Of a DNA stretch of 64,000 nt, positions 47,637-58,500 are shown piece by piece; the first letter of the stretch is position 1, and each line of letters begins with the position of its first letter. A program made the translations under genes and the position numbers. Below the pieces are notes generated by a model. The model was not told the origin of the DNA. It did not search any database and saw nothing but the letters and a program-made list of their open reading frames with translations. The stretch spans positions 1 to 64,000 of IMG/VR virus record IMGVR_UViG_3300049172_000088; one strand, written 5' to 3'. This DNA is from a virus. Lineage: Duplodnaviria > Caudoviricetes.

Positions 47637-48471
47637 CCCCGCACGGCAGATCGCCGAAGAGCTCGGCATCCGCCTCCGGGAGATCCGCCAGGGCGCGGCC
47701 CTCACCGGCCGCGCCCTGGCGGCGGAAGCTGGCTGGCACTTCACCAAGGTCAGCCGGATGGAAAACGGCGTGAAGATCGCCACCGAGGCGGAGATCCGCA
47801 CCTGGTGCCGCATCTGCAACGCCGAGGACCAGACGGCCGACCTCATCGCCACTGCCCGTGCCATCCAGACGATGTACCAGGAACTGCGGCGGCAGGCCCG
47901 TGCTGGCATGCAGCGGCTCATGCGTGCGCCCGTCCCGCTGTATGAGCGCACGGGGCGATTCCGGATCTACGAGCACAACGTCATCCCGGGCCTCTTCCAG
48001 ACATCCGCCTACGCCCGCGCCATGCTCGCGTTCTGGTTCGAGTTCCTCGACGCACCCGACGACCTCGACCAGGCCGTCGCGGCCCGCATAGACCGCCAGC
48101 GAGTCATCCACGCTCCGGGCAAGCGCTTCGACGTCCTCCTGGAAGAACAGGCGCTCCGCACCTGGTTCGGGTCCGCCGCCGACCAGCGTGAGCAGTTGGA
48201 GCGGCTGCTGACGACCATGTCGCATCCGCACGTCTCCGTGCGCATCATCCCCATGATGATCGAGCGGCCCTGCGTCGCCTCAGCAGGCTTCTGGATCTAT
48301 GACGATGAGCTGGTGACGCTGGAAACCCCCACCGCCAGCCTGGAGATCACGCGGCCACGCGAGATCGAGCTGTACGCCCGCATGTTCGAGCACCTGGCCA
48401 GCGTCGCGGTCAACGGTCACGCAGCGCGCGGGCTCGTGCTGGCGGTGATCGAGGAGCTGCGCCAAGCCTGA
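47617..48471 (+). CDS. XRE HTH + DUF5753 (WhiJ/Scr1-like) regulator
   Basis: LREIRQGAALTGRALA...KVSRMENG; YEHNVIPGLFQTSAYARA; LLEEQALR. Confidence 0.88.
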   Translation: MTTRPPSPARQIAEELGIRLREIRQGAALTGRALAAEAGWHFTKVSRMENGVKIATEAEIRTWCRICNAEDQTADLIATARAIQTMYQELRRQARAGMQRLMRAPVPLYERTGRFRIYEHNVIPGLFQTSAYARAMLAFWFEFLDAPDDLDQAVAARIDRQRVIHAPGKRFDVLLEEQALRTWFGSAADQREQLERLLTTMSHPHVSVRIIPMMIERPCVASAGFWIYDDELVTLETPTASLEITRPREIELYARMFEHLASVAVNGHAARGLVLAVIEELRQA

Positions 48472-48532
48472 TTTCCGCAACATTCCGCAACATGCTGGCC
48501 TGGACACTGGGCATCTTCTTACGGTTCCGGAC

Positions 48533-51084
48533 ATGGACAGTCACGGGTCCGTTCCCCCCATGCGAGCGCCCGCCCCGGTGCCGGGCACGGGCGCCACCAC
48601 GAGCAGGCCGGCCGGCCCCGACACCGTGACCGGGTGTCGGCCGGCCGTCGAGATCCCCGAGTTCCGCGACGTCGAGAAGCGGCCTGACGGCTCCTGGCGG
48701 GCAGTGCACAAGCTGTCCGACGAGGTCATCGCCGCGGACACCTTCTACCACCTTGAGAGCATCGAGGCTCCGGCTCAGCGCCTCGCATACGGCCTGCGGA
48801 GCCGGTCATGACCGGCTGCGTGGCCTGGTGCGTCGAGGTGCACCGCTACGTCGAGCGGCGCCATGCTGTCCCTCTGGCCAGGCATGTGAGCGAGCTGGTG
48901 GAGCTGAGTCGGGGTGACACCCCTACAGACCGGCGCGGCGGCGAGTCCGCTCCCAGGCGTCCCGCCGTCGCGCCGTCGCCGCGCGCAGGGACCCGTGCGG
49001 CGACGGCGGCACGATCCTCCGCCGCTGGGATCGTGCCGCCCATCGAGCCGCTCCAGGCGGGTGACCTGGCATGAGGAAGTACCTCTCCCCTCGGGTGGCC
49101 ATCCTGCGCAGCCGATTGACACCAGTCGTGCCGGGCTACACCACTCGCTACGACGCCGCGGCCGACTGTTACCGCGCTGAGCGGGATGGCGGGCTGCCGG
49201 ACGGCGCGATCCTCGCCGGCGCGTTCGTCAGGCTCCACGCCAGATCCGCCATCACCCTCAAGCAGCAGTGCGCCCACAACGACTTCGTGATCGCGCGATG
49301 GGCCCAGCGGGCAGGCGAGCAGCCATGAACGAGGAAGAGACCCTCGCCTACTACGACATCCCGGAGAACGCCCAGGCCATGTGCGACATGCTGATGCGCG
49401 CGCACCCAGGCTGGCGAGTGCGGCGGCTCAGCCCTGATCGCACCGTCCTCTCCGTGCCGGTGTGGGTGGCCCGGCGCGAGGACTGGCCGGCGCACCAGCC
49501 GTCTCGGAGCAACGAGAACGCCGGGATGCTGAACCTCACCATGACCCTCATCGACAAGGGCTCGGTGGTGTCATGAAGGGCTACACGACGATCCCCTACG
49601 TCATCGCCTACTCGAACGAGATCGTGACGGACCAGATCTGGTTCGAGCGCTCCCCCGGCGGCGGCGAACGCCTGTCGTACCAGCCGCCCGGGGACGACGA
49701 CTGGTTCGGCTTCGGCGGCGTACGCCGTCAGGGCTCTGGCCTGCTCCGTGCACGGGTTCTCGACCTGCGCGACCAGCCGCCCGAGGTGCGCGGCCACGAG
49801 CGCATGCGGAAGCTGAACACGCTCCGCCAGTGGCGGGCCATGGACGAGCTGCTGTGCCAGGTGTGCGCTCGCCCGGCGGTCGACCTGAAGACCGGCACCT
49901 GGCCGTGGCTGCTGGTCCGGACGGTGTTCGAGCGGACGGGCCCGACCAGCGGCCGGACCAACGCGCCACCGTGCTGCTGGTCGTGCATCCCCAAGGCGCT
50001 GGAGGAGTGCGCGATGCTCCGGGATGAGCCGGTCATGGTGTGCACCGCGTCGAACGTCACGTCGGTGGGCGTGCTCGCGGACATCTACCAGCCCATGCCG
50101 ATCACAGGCCAGCCGAAGCCGCACATGCGCAACGTGTTCATCAGCTGGCGCAACGCCAGCTGGCACCCGTTCGCGTTGGCGGTCGCCCAGATGGTCGAGT
50201 TGCGCGGGATCACTCCGGTGCAGTTCCCGTAGACCGGCTCCGGGCGTCACCCCGGAGCCTCGGCCCCGCTCCCAACCGGAGGGACCCAGGAGGGCGGGGC
50301 CACCAAGCGCCGCCCTCGGAGGGGGCACTCCGCGCCGCCAGCCCGCGAGCCCCTGGCCGTCGCAGCGGAGTTCGGGCCCGGTCCCTCCGGGGGCGGCACC
50401 CATCCATCCACGACACCCGCGAGGAGAGACCATGGTCACCGCCGACTACGCGGTCTTCTGGCTGTGGGCCCTGATCACCATGCTCAACGTCCGCCCCACG
50501 ATCAGCCGACTCACCAGGCTCGCCGAGCGGGGCCCCGCGGCCATGTGTCCCGGATGCCGGGAGCGCCGCCGTTCTCTGCTGCTCGACCTCCCCGAACTGC
50601 AGGCTCTCGGCCCGGCCGGCGGCGCGTTCCTCGTGCTCATCGAAGCTGGGGCGTGGTGGATCTACCCCTTCGAGCCGTGGGCGCGGCGTGTGGCAGGCAG
50701 TGTGCCGCGGCCGCGGTGTCGGGGTGCCTCGTGCGCCGCTCACCGAAACCATGCGTGGCTGGCGTGATGAGGTTCGCCCCGGCGTCGCAGTGCGACGTCC
50801 CCTGGTGCCGATCCTGGCACGGGCCTGACGACGCGCCCGACCATGCGGCGCAGCTGGCACTCTGGCGCATCCGCGGAGCCGAGGTTGAGCTTTTTATCGG
50901 CCAAGCGCCCGGGTGCGCGCCCGTCGTCCGCCTCGCCCGTGGCAACGGCAGCGGCCAGCAGCGGACACGCGACCTCGCCCCCGAGCTCGCCGCCGATCTG
51001 GCCGAAATCCTCGACGTCTTGCCCGGACGCCAGCGAGAACTCATCGCCGGGCTCCGCGCCGCTGCCGAGGCGCTCGGCGAGTGA
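48533..51084 (+). CDS. Accessory operon of small actinobacterial mobile-element proteins (48533-48811, 48808-49074, 49071-49328, 49325-49576, 49573-50232, 50432-50767, 50767-51084)
   Basis: ATGA-coupled ORFs; 49573-50232 has LRQWRAMDELLCQVC...TNAPPCC..C. Confidence 0.6.
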
Positions 51085-51135
51085 GCAGGCGCGGCGGCAG
51101 GCCACACCCCTCCGCGGACTGCCGCCGCGCCGCCG

Positions 51136-51540
51136 CTATGGCACGTCCAGCTCGACCCGATCGCCAGGCAGCACCTCCAGCTGCCCGGCCCGATCCACCA
51201 CCAGCACCGGCACCCCCTCATCGAGCCGAAGTTCCCGTCGCTCCTCCGGCGTCGGCATCCGCGCGCGCACCCGGGCCGGGCCAGCCAGCGGAACCGCAGA
51301 CAGCTCAGCGGGTTCACGGACATAGGAGGCACGCCGGCGCACGGTCCGGATCAGGCCCTCACTGCGGAGGATCTGGAGTGCGTCCCGAACGGTGTCCTTC
51401 GCGACGCCGTACTCGTCGGCGAGCCGATCCTCGGCGGGCAGCTGCTGGCCGGGCGCAAGGGCGCCGCTACGGATCTGATCGCGCAGGTCGGTCGCGATCT
51501 GCTGGTAGGCCGGGACGTAGGAGTCCGGGTCGATGGGCAC
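51136..51540 (-). CDS. GntR-family winged-helix regulator
   Basis: PAYQQIATDLRDQIRSG..APGQQLPAEDRLADEYGVAKDTVRDALQILRSEGLI. Confidence 0.9.
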   Translation of the reverse strand: MPIDPDSYVPAYQQIATDLRDQIRSGALAPGQQLPAEDRLADEYGVAKDTVRDALQILRSEGLIRTVRRRASYVREPAELSAVPLAGPARVRARMPTPEERRELRLDEGVPVLVVDRAGQLEVLPGDRVELDVP

Positions 51541-51892
51541 GGCTGTATGCCATCAGGGGTAGAAGCCAGTCCTGGTATTGGCTTATTAGCTAACAGACCG
51601 TATCCTGACAGACCTTGCCTAAACGCCCACGAGCAGGCGCGGCGGCGCGACTCCGTCCCAGGCGTCCGCCGCCGCGCCACCCGGGGCGCCAGGACATCCT
51701 GCCGTACTGGCCCCGCTCCAGGTGCCGGTCAGCGATCCTGAACAGCATGAACGACGACATCCCCCGCGGCTTCACCGCCCAGGAGTGGGCCGAGCTCGAC
51801 CCCGCCGACCGCCTCGCCGTCCGTGCGTTCGGGCCGCCGCCCGACGATGCACAAGAACGCGCACGCCAGACCTACGAGGCGCACCAGGCATC

Positions 51893-52135
51893 TCACGCCG
51901 TCTCTTCGCCGGCCTCCTCCGGGCCGCGCAGCTCCGCAAGCGGCACCAGCTCAGCGAGCGCCTCGACGTCCCGCACGTAGCCCGCTCCGAGAGCGGCACC
52001 GCGCTGGGTGACGCGGAACCACTCCTCGCCAGGGGCCGCGGCCGGGTCCACCATCCGGGCGAAGATCAGGTGCGCGCCATGCAGGCGCACCGGCTCCACA
52101 CGGATGCCGTCCGGGCCGACAAGGTAGCGGTCCAT
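51893..52135 (-). CDS. Small hypothetical protein
   Basis: 80 aa; GPDGIRVEPV...YVRDVEALAELVPLAEL. Confidence 0.55.
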   Translation of the reverse strand: MDRYLVGPDGIRVEPVRLHGAHLIFARMVDPAAAPGEEWFRVTQRGAALGAGYVRDVEALAELVPLAELRGPEEAGEETA

Positions 52136-52229
52136 GCTGCGACGGTACGCCTGCCGTTGGAAACACAGAAGAGCGGCCCCCGCCCTCCGGAGAGGACAGG
52201 GGCCACCAGCACGGCCCTCACGCCGTGGT

Positions 52230-52424
52230 CTACTCGGGCTTGTTCGGCACCCTCCACGTCGCCCAGCCAACCGTGGCCAGCGCCGCAGCGAACGCGCCCG
52301 CGAGCATGCCGAACTCCTCGCCGGTGACCGCGGCGTCCTGAAGCACCTGCGGCAGCATGGCCACCACGGCAGCGACGCCGGCACCGCTCCCAGCGATGAC
52401 GGCCTTACGGATACGAGCGAACAT
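52230..52424 (-). CDS. Holin
   Basis: RIRKAVIAG..AGVAA...FAAALATVGWATWRVPNK; two TM segments; directly downstream of the endolysin. Confidence 0.8.
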   Translation of the reverse strand: MFARIRKAVIAGSGAGVAAVVAMLPQVLQDAAVTGEEFGMLAGAFAAALATVGWATWRVPNKPE

Positions 52425-52517
52425 AACCCCTCCCGCGAGGTCGGATTCTTGGACCTGCCGGGCGGTATGCCTGGACAGGGGTCGAACTGGAAAGAGTTGC
52501 TTTCCAGTTCGGAAGCT

Positions 52518-53288
52518 TCAGCTGACCGGGCGCTCCCACGTGGCCCTCCAGGTGGCCGGGCCGACGATGCCGTCGTCATCGAGCGGCCAGCCGTGCACGG
52601 TGCTGTCCCGCTGGAACGCGCTGCAGACGTCGCGGGATCGCGGCCCGTACGAGCCGTCGGGGATCAAGTCCCAGCCGCGGTCTCGCATCTGCGCCTGCCA
52701 GCTGTAGACGTCGGCGCCGCTCATGGTCGGTGGGCACCTGAGGAGGCGGCCAGGGAACGGCGGCGCCTTCTCCGGCTGCCCGCCAGGGCGGGGCGCTCCG
52801 GCCTTCACCCAGGCGTACAGCCGCGAGCCTGGGCAGTCGGTGGCGTAGCCGTCGCGATGCCCCTTGATCTCCGGCCCGGCGCCGCCCTCGGCGCGCAGCC
52901 ACTCGATCGCGTCGCGGATGCCGTGCAGCATGGTGTCGGGCGGGACGACCAGGCCCGAGTTGCCGACCAGGCCGAGCACCGCGTAGTGGCCGGAGTTCAG
53001 GCCGGCCCCGTTCGCCGCAGGAAGGCGGTTGAGGCCGCGGCCGACGAACACCTTCCGGTGCGGGCAGACCGCGGCGGTGTAGCCGAAGTCCAGCCAGCCC
53101 TGGTTCATGTGGGCCTTCTGGATTCCGCGCACGGTGGCGAAGCAGAGGTCATGGTCTTCGGCCAGCTTGGGATCGACCCGCGAGCCGACATAGTGGATCT
53201 TGCAGCCGCGTGTCCGGGACAGCCGCTCGTACGCTCCTTTCGGCGCGAGAGCCTTCCATTCCTTGCGCGTGATGAGGTCAATGGCCAC
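52518..53288 (-). CDS. Endolysin: N-acetylmuramoyl-L-alanine amidase + peptidoglycan-binding domain
   Basis: KIHYVG, HMNQGWLDFGY, GHRDGYATDCPG, and C-terminal DGSYGP...FQ...DDGIVGPATW. Confidence 0.93.
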   Translation of the reverse strand: MAIDLITRKEWKALAPKGAYERLSRTRGCKIHYVGSRVDPKLAEDHDLCFATVRGIQKAHMNQGWLDFGYTAAVCPHRKVFVGRGLNRLPAANGAGLNSGHYAVLGLVGNSGLVVPPDTMLHGIRDAIEWLRAEGGAGPEIKGHRDGYATDCPGSRLYAWVKAGAPRPGGQPEKAPPFPGRLLRCPPTMSGADVYSWQAQMRDRGWDLIPDGSYGPRSRDVCSAFQRDSTVHGWPLDDDGIVGPATWRATWERPVS

Positions 53289-53310
53289 GTCAGCGTCCTC
53301 TCCGAACGGC

Positions 53311-53434
53311 TAGGCTGAGGGTGTTCGTGGTTCGGCACGGCCTGGTGCGGTCCGGCGTGTCTAGGCTGGTCATGGCTTGGCACGTCCCGGCAGGCGAGCC
53401 CAAGGCGGGCGGGGTCAGGGATCCTGCCCGCCTT
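53311..53434 (+). ncRNA. Stand-alone pentamer-repeat guide gene (vrRNA-like) with its own promoter and hairpin
   Basis: TAGGCT (-10-like) at 53311; 12 pentamers at 53329-53388; GGCA-GGC; hairpin AAGGCGGGC...GCCCGCCTT at 53402-53434. Confidence 0.82.
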
Positions 53435-54017
53435 CTGCTTGTGGCGTGCAGGTGTAGGTGGTGGAGCCTGCGGGGTCGGGCGTGCACAGGTGGGTGACCC
53501 CATCGATCGGGATCGTCAGCGACGCTGGCGCCGGCCCCGGTTCTCCGCGCGGCCCTTGCTCGCCCTGAGGTCCTGGGCTGCCTTGCGGTCCGGGCTCGCC
53601 GGTCGGGCCCGGTTCGCCGCGTGGTCCTTCCGGTCCCGCTGGTCCTGTGTCGCCGGGGGCGCCAGGCTCTCCCGCAGCGCCGTCTTTCCCATCCACGGCG
53701 TTGCGGCCGTCATCCCCGTCGTCCCCTTGAGGGCCTGGCGGTCCCGATGGTCCTGGCTCGCCTTGCGGTCCAGGAGGCCCGGATGGTCCGACTGCGCCGC
53801 GCTCACCCGGCGGCCCGGGCGACGGCGAGACGAGCGGCACTCCGCCGAGACGTTCGACCTGCTCGACCAGCACCTGCCGGTCCTCTTCGGCCTGGCGCAC
53901 TCGTCCGCCGAGCGCGTTGACCTGGACGGACACCCACAGGCCGAGGAGGACGACCACGACTACTCCGGCGATGAGCGGCCACGACCGGCGCACCTTGCGC
54001 ACGTGCTCACCCATCAT
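53415..54017 (-). CDS. Membrane-anchored collagen-like (G-P-X repeat) protein, lysis cassette
   Basis: TM helix, coiled coil, then GPP/GPQ/GEP triplets. Confidence 0.85.
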   Translation of the reverse strand: MMGEHVRKVRRSWPLIAGVVVVVLLGLWVSVQVNALGGRVRQAEEDRQVLVEQVERLGGVPLVSPSPGPPGERGAVGPSGPPGPQGEPGPSGPPGPQGDDGDDGRNAVDGKDGAAGEPGAPGDTGPAGPEGPRGEPGPTGEPGPQGSPGPQGEQGPRGEPGPAPASLTIPIDGVTHLCTPDPAGSTTYTCTPQAEGGQDP

Positions 54018-54370
54018 CCGCCGCCTCGCGGTGCGAGCCACACCTGGACGGCGATCGTGAGCAGGATGAACAGGGTGGGCAGGATGCCCGAGTAGACGAT
54101 CTGTCGCAGGTTGCCGCCGCGCTTCTCCTCGCGCTTCTCGTCGGCGGCTTCCAGCCTGGTCACGGCGGCGTCGAGTGCACCGCGTAGGGCCCTCACCTCG
54201 TCGAGGAGGGTGCGGCGTAGCTCATCGACGTCGCCTTCGACCTCGGTGAAGCGGCGTTCGATGAGCCGCTGATCGGCGGCGTACTCCGCACGCTGGATGA
54301 GCTGGGCCAGGCTCATGACAACGCCGTCCAAGCGGCGGGCCAGCTCGCCCGGGGATGGCTCATCGGCCAC
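54014..54370 (-). CDS. Lysis-cassette membrane protein
   Basis: [14 protein letters not shown]...coiled coil...C-terminal TM helix. Confidence 0.7.
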   Translation of the reverse strand: MADEPSPGELARRLDGVVMSLAQLIQRAEYAADQRLIERRFTEVEGDVDELRRTLLDEVRALRGALDAAVTRLEAADEKREEKRGGNLRQIVYSGILPTLFILLTIAVQVWLAPRGGG

Positions 54371-54516
54371 ATCGCTCCTTGCTGGGGATGGGTACGGCAG
54401 GCATCGTCATGGCGCTCCCCACGAGGTTGGTGTCCGGATCTGGACACGTGATCTATGTGAACCCGGCGCATGCTGGAGACGTCTCACTACGTCCCCCCGC
54501 CACCAGGAGCCGCGCC

Positions 54517-55200
54517 ATGGGTTACCCGCCTCACCCGCAGCAACCGGCCTATCCACCCGCGGTGACTCCGCCCCGCACGAACGGGCTGGCGGTGGCTTCG
54601 CTGATCTTGGGGGTAACCGGGTTCATCACGTGCGGGTTCACGTCGATTCTGGCCGTGGCGTTCGGACACGTGGCCCTGCACCAGATCAACCGTGACGGCA
54701 GCGACGGACGCGGCATGGCCCTGTCTGGAACGATCCTGGGCTGGTTTCTCACCGGCGCCTGGATCCTGTTCTGGGCGCTGTCCATCACCGGGACGATCTC
54801 GACGGCGCTCTACTCCGCCGCCGTGCCAGCCGACCCGGGGCCGGCGCGTACACGCCTTGACGTGGCGCCTCAGCCGAACGCCTCTCAGCCTGGCCAGGCG
54901 GTTCAGCCTGGCGACGGCGGCCACGCGGTGGTGCTGGAAGCGGTCGGCAAGGACGGCGCGTCCTCGGCGAACAACGTCACCTACAGCATCAAGTACTCGA
55001 TCAAGCAGGAGCAGGGCGTCCCGCTGCCCTACAGCAAGGAGGTTACGACCGCCGCCCCGTACCCGATGTCTCTGTGGGTGCAGAACGCCGGCGCCGACGG
55101 CGTCATCGAGTGCCGGATCCTCGTGGACGGCCAGGTGGTACGAGAGGCGACGAGCAGCGGCCCGTACGGAGTGTGCAACGTGAGGGCGGACGCGCCCTAG
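54517..55200 (+). CDS. DUF4190 membrane protein fused to an MmpS-like Ig domain (moron)
   Basis: TNGLAVASLILG...GHVALHQI...GRGMALSGTILG; VTY...LPYSKEV...IECRILVDGQVV; AGGAG RBS. Confidence 0.8.
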   Translation: MGYPPHPQQPAYPPAVTPPRTNGLAVASLILGVTGFITCGFTSILAVAFGHVALHQINRDGSDGRGMALSGTILGWFLTGAWILFWALSITGTISTALYSAAVPADPGPARTRLDVAPQPNASQPGQAVQPGDGGHAVVLEAVGKDGASSANNVTYSIKYSIKQEQGVPLPYSKEVTTAAPYPMSLWVQNAGADGVIECRILVDGQVVREATSSGPYGVCNVRADAP

Positions 55201-55215
55201 AACAGGAGGTGCGCC

Positions 55216-55380
55216 GTGGGGCGCGAGAAGCCGATCGCCGTGAAGAACGTCGGCAAGAGCACGACCAAGCCCGCCTGGACGGTGGGTGACGTTCTATGGA
55301 TGATCTGCACGGTCGGGATGGCCTACCCGTGGATCTGGACGCGGCGCCGGAAGCGGACCACGATCACGCGGCATCGGTAG
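55216..55380 (+). CDS. Small membrane protein (54 aa)
   Basis: Read by hand after an AGGAGGT RBS: MGREKPIAVKNVGKSTTKPAWTVGDVLWMICTVGMAYPWIWTRRRKRTTITRHR. Confidence 0.6.
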   Translation: MGREKPIAVKNVGKSTTKPAWTVGDVLWMICTVGMAYPWIWTRRRKRTTITRHR

Positions 55381-55534
55381 AGCGCAGCTGTTCAAGCTCG
55401 GCGGCGAGTTGGTCGCGTTCGGCCTTGAAGCCCATGGCCAGGGCGTGCCACTCCGCGGCCTGGTCGAGCGCCTGGCTCCGCTGGTCCTTCAGGGCCTGCA
55501 CGTAGGGCTCGACGGGGATCTGCTGCTCGTTCAT
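55364..55534 (-). CDS. Small coiled-coil protein after the minor tail gene
   Basis: 56 aa; YVQALKDQRSQALDQAAEW. Confidence 0.6.
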   Translation of the reverse strand: MNEQQIPVEPYVQALKDQRSQALDQAAEWHALAMGFKAERDQLAAELEQLRSTDAA

Positions 55535-58500
55535 CGGGTGGTTTCCTTCGGTGTGGAGTAGCGGTACGGGCCGTCCCCGTACACGTTGATCTCGTTGCGG
55601 CGCGGCTCCACCACGAGCGGAGGCACGTCCTTCCTGATCGCCTTCACGAGCCAGAACACGCGCTCGCCGGCAGCGCCGCGGACGGTGAAGCGTCCGTCCT
55701 TGGGGTAGCTGGTGGAGCAGGGCCCGTTGCCGGTGAGCACGATGCGCCCCTCGACGGCTGTGAGCGCCTCGAAGTACGAGGGGAGGTCGACGACGGCGTG
55801 CCCGCCCTCGCCCAGGGTCACCTCGCCCCAGTATTCGACGCCTGCGTGCGGGGACTCCGTGGTGGCGTGCACCAGCCAGCGGTCGCGATCGAGCGGGTGG
55901 TCGATGATGAACGTCTTGGGATTGCCGTTGACAGAAAAGCCGCCAGGCGCGTTGAAGATGATCTGGTCGTCAACGATCAACGCCGCGTCACCGAATCCAA
56001 CCTGGAAGTGCCCGGTGCTGGTGTTCAGGAGTACTGCGCTATTGTCCACCAGGGCGTAGCTTGTGTCGGCCATCATGCGGACGTTTCCGCTGCCCACTCG
56101 GATATTGGTATCGACAGGCGACGTGCTGGATGGACGGATGACGATCGATGGATCGAAAACGCCCGTCGCGATGGGCGCCTGGATGGACGCGTAGGTCGTT
56201 CCGTCCGAGCCGTAGAACCTGATCTCCGGGATGGAAGCCCCAGTGGGAGACACCACGATCCGGCGGCCGCTCGTGCCTGAAGCGAGCTGGCCGATCAGCG
56301 AGACCGTGCCCGAAGAGGTGATGTCCACCGTCTGCGTCCCGCCCGCGTTGAACGCCTTGAAACCAGTCCCGTCGAGCTGAATCCTCGCGCCGGAAGCGGC
56401 CGACCTCAGCTCGAACGAGCCGTCCAGGTCGAGCCACACGGTGCGGGTGCCCGAGGCGTCGTAGAGCTGGATGCCGCTGACGTTACTGAAGTCGAGCCGA
56501 GCGCCGGTCGTGCCCGACCGCAGGAAAAACACGCCGTTGGACTGCAACGACACGAGCGCGGTGTTGCTGCCGTTGAACATCTGCAGGCCCGCGGTGCTGA
56601 TCTCGGTGCGGGCTCCGGTGTCGGCAGTCTTGATCCGTGCGGCGATGGTCAGGTCGGCCAGGATCGATCCGGCCGTGATCTTCGAGGCGGTCAGGTCCGA
56701 GATGTGCGCCGAGTCGATGAGCAGCGCCGTCGCCGTCGCCGCCGCCGAGGGGGAACTGCGGTTGCCTGCCTGGTCAACGGCGATCACCTTGACGTGCCGG
56801 ACGGTCGTCTCCTCAACCTCAACCGTGCCAATCGCAGGGATCCCCGCCGCGATCATCCCGGCGTGGGCGCTGACCTTGCCCTTGAGCGTCGTGTCGTCCG
56901 GCGTGAAGCCGCTTGCTGCGCCGACGTGCACTTCCAAGTGGTCGAGATCCAGCTCCAGGTTGAAGGTGCCACCCGATGCCTTGCCCAGCTCGTGCCGGAT
57001 CTGGATCGCCAGCCGCGAGCCTGCCACCGTCGGCGGGGCCGGCGTGCTCGGCGGGATGGTGTCCGGGTTGGCCAGGACGGTCTCCGTCGCCGACCACGCG
57101 CCGGCGTTGTTGCTGGAGTCGACCGCCCTGATCTGGAAGTCGTACTCCACGCCGGGGCTGAGGTCGTTGACGACCACCTGCAGATCACTCCACGGCGCGT
57201 ACGCGATCTGCCACTCGCTCGCCGGGGACAGGCCGTACCGGAGCTCGTAGTGGTGGCCGTCCAGGATCGTGCTGCCGTCGCTGTTGAGCGGCAGGTTCCA
57301 GCTGGCCAGGATGCTCGCCCTCGTGTTGCCGAGCGCGTCGAGGTAGACCGACGACCCGAAGGGCAGCACCCACGTCACGACGCCGGGGATCGTGGTGTCC
57401 GGGATGGGTCGCGGCCCGACCGGCTCGAAGCCGGAGCTCGTCAGCGACCGGCCCAGCTCGCCCACGCCGATCGCCGTCGCCCCGGCCTCGAACTTCACGT
57501 AGTCGGTGAGGTCGTACCAGGTGCCGTCCTGGTGGCGGTAGGCCACGGTCATGCCCTCGGTGACTGGCCAGCTCGCCTCGACGGTGCGCAAGGCGATCGG
57601 GTTGATCCTCTGCCCTCTGAACGTGATCTCGTTGTTGAGATCGAGCAGGCCGGCGTCTGGGTCGTACACCCACACCATGTCGCCCGGCCGGAACGAGCCG
57701 TCCAGCTCGTAGTCCTCGGTGGACAGCCTCAGGGCGTTCTTGGTGCCGGTGAACCTGTTGAGCTGGAGCTGCGCCCGGGCGCCCGCGTTGCCCGTCGTGG
57801 TCCCCGACTCGGAGACGAGCCTCGTCCGCTTGATCGGCTGGCCGCGAAGGTCGAGGTACGGGTTCGAGGAGATGTTGGCCGAGCCGGTCGCGGTCGCGTC
57901 GCCCTGGCCCTCGGCGAGCAACACGACCCTGGTCGTGAAGTCCTTGACGTCCTGGCTGAGTTCCAGGTCGCCGGGCAGCGCCGACAGCGACAGGTCCCGG
58001 CCTGCCAGGCCCTTGCGGACGATCGCGCACACCGGTGTGGCCCGGTACAGCTGCGCCTGCGTCCCAGCGTCCAACGTCGCGTTGCCGTTCACCCGGTACT
58101 CAGCGCCGAACAGCTGGCACACGTACTGCACGGCCTGACGGCGGTTCTGCCACACGTGCGTGCCGGAGTAGGTGCCGGCGACGGCGTGAAGGATGCCTTC
58201 GATGACGGCGGTGCCTGAGCCGAGGGCGGCCCTGATGCTGTTGGCGAAGCTCTGGCCGGTGATGTTCAGGGGCGTCTCGAAGATCTCACCCTTCTCATCG
58301 GAGTCGCCGAGCCAGAGCTCCATGCCCTGGCCGGACAGCTTCTTCAGCTCGTCGTCCATGACCTTGGCGGTGACGACGCCGACGTACCGGCCCTGGGTGA
58401 GGAGGTTGTCTCGGTACTCCTGCGGGTTGACGCGGCCAGCGAAGATGGCGATGTGGCCGAAGTAGCCGAGCCGGTCGGTGATCTCTTTCGGGGTTTCGGC

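Noticed and set aside
53500-53830. Novel nucleotide repeat in the lysis cassette
   Set aside because: Explained by collagen-like Gly-X-Y codons.
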